This document shows, one piece after another, positions 62,991 through 64,000 of a stretch of 64,000 bases of DNA; position 1 is the first letter of the stretch; each line of letters opens with the position of its first letter. The notes under the pieces are model-generated. The model saw nothing but the letters and a program-made list of their open reading frames with translations, did no database searches and was not told the origin of the DNA. Position numbers and translations under genes: made by a program. The DNA is taken from NCBI GenBank assembly GCA_030390025.1, contig CM059425.1, positions 166,224,001 to 166,288,000 of the forward strand, written 5' to 3'. Source of the DNA: Squalus acanthias. Its lineage: Eukaryota.

Positions 62991-64000
62991 AGCACTGCTA
63001 GATGGATTTGCATGAATGTATAGTACTGTGGACTGGGATTTTCACTGCCATCTGCAGGGGATCCCCAAAGCAGGGAGAGACCAATTGCAGAACAGCGTTG
63101 TCTCACAAACATTGTGGTTGCCACCATGGAGACCTTAGGTACCCCTTTGCTTGAGTCAATGTTTGGCAGTTATTTGGAAAGAACATGACAGGGATTACAT
63201 ACACATTGGAGACATCCTACAGACTGGTCTCATTCAGCCCACAAGACCTCCAGCTGCAGTGTCTAGCTTTAGTGGCACGGCAGCAGAAAGGTCCTATGAG
63301 TCTCAAGCAGGTCGCATATTCTACCATTCCAACAAGGCCTCTGTAAGGACAGAGTAAGTGCTTGATAATGGGCAGACACTGGCAGACACAGCCTTGTTGC
63401 ACATGACTCCAGCTGGATATTGAGGCCCCTCTACCCAGAAGATTATGGCCATGACCATTTGGGGCTTTCAGTGCCTCATCTCTTCCTACCACTACAGTGG
63501 CTCCTTCCACTCCGAGCAATTTTGAACAACTTAAGGTTAAGAATTAGATTTAACATATCTTGTACAGTCACCAAGGGAAATCAGGGGTGTTGGAAACAGA
63601 TCATTTCACTGTTCCATAATAAATTATAAAACTTTATTTTTCTCTTTCATTTGGGGTTTCAATACTATTTGGGAGGAGAAACTCTATAAATGTTGGGCAC
63701 CACAGGCAAAATGAAAGTTATATCGAGTCTACAGCACAGAAACAGACCATTTGGCCCAACTAGTATGTACTTGTGTTTGTGCGCCACACGAGCCTCCTCC
63801 CAGCCCAAGTTACCCCGAGTACAGAGAATGTTCCCTTTGTGGGCTATTTCACTGTGGGTATCATATGTTGATGAAAGATAATAAGTCAGGGTAGGTATTG
63901 CTTACTGGAAGTAGTTCCATGATAAGCTTTTGGGTCACTCTAGCTACATGAAATTCATGCCCCTGCATCTCTCTCTCTCTCCTCTTCTTCCTCCCCATCT

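Noticed and set aside
63030..63360. Possible Gypsy RT remnant or exon (YIHIGDILQTG)
   Set aside because: Only a faint resemblance to YxDDIL; cannot be supported without a profile search

Overview
Eukaryotic genomic DNA, almost certainly from a shark or ray (HE1/V-SINEs, Deu-domain SINEs, dense CR1 LINEs). The window is repeat-dominated intronic or intergenic sequence, and no host gene can be identified with confidence. It contains a young 5'-truncated Penelope-like element (RT + GIY-YIG, 3565-6007) with a 456-bp fold-back inverted pLTR, plus a small fold-back derivative of the same family (2282-2529). Both carry a minimal hammerhead-ribozyme motif (three full copies in total), and both are flanked by 14-bp target duplications that overlap the inverted end. 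Also present: two RTE LINE fragments with TSDs and different microsatellite tails, many CR1 fragments, an L2 3' end, several decayed PIF/Harbinger transposons and MITEs (3-bp TSDs, nested), a pogo/Tigger remnant, a 17-bp minisatellite interrupted by a SINE, two CTCF-like motifs and a few orphan exon candidates. The most notable observations are the ribozyme-bearing fold-back Penelope system, an apparent CR1 3' transduction, and HE1 SINEs that acquired a second LINE tail. All calls come from reading the sequence by eye; no searches or folding programs were run.
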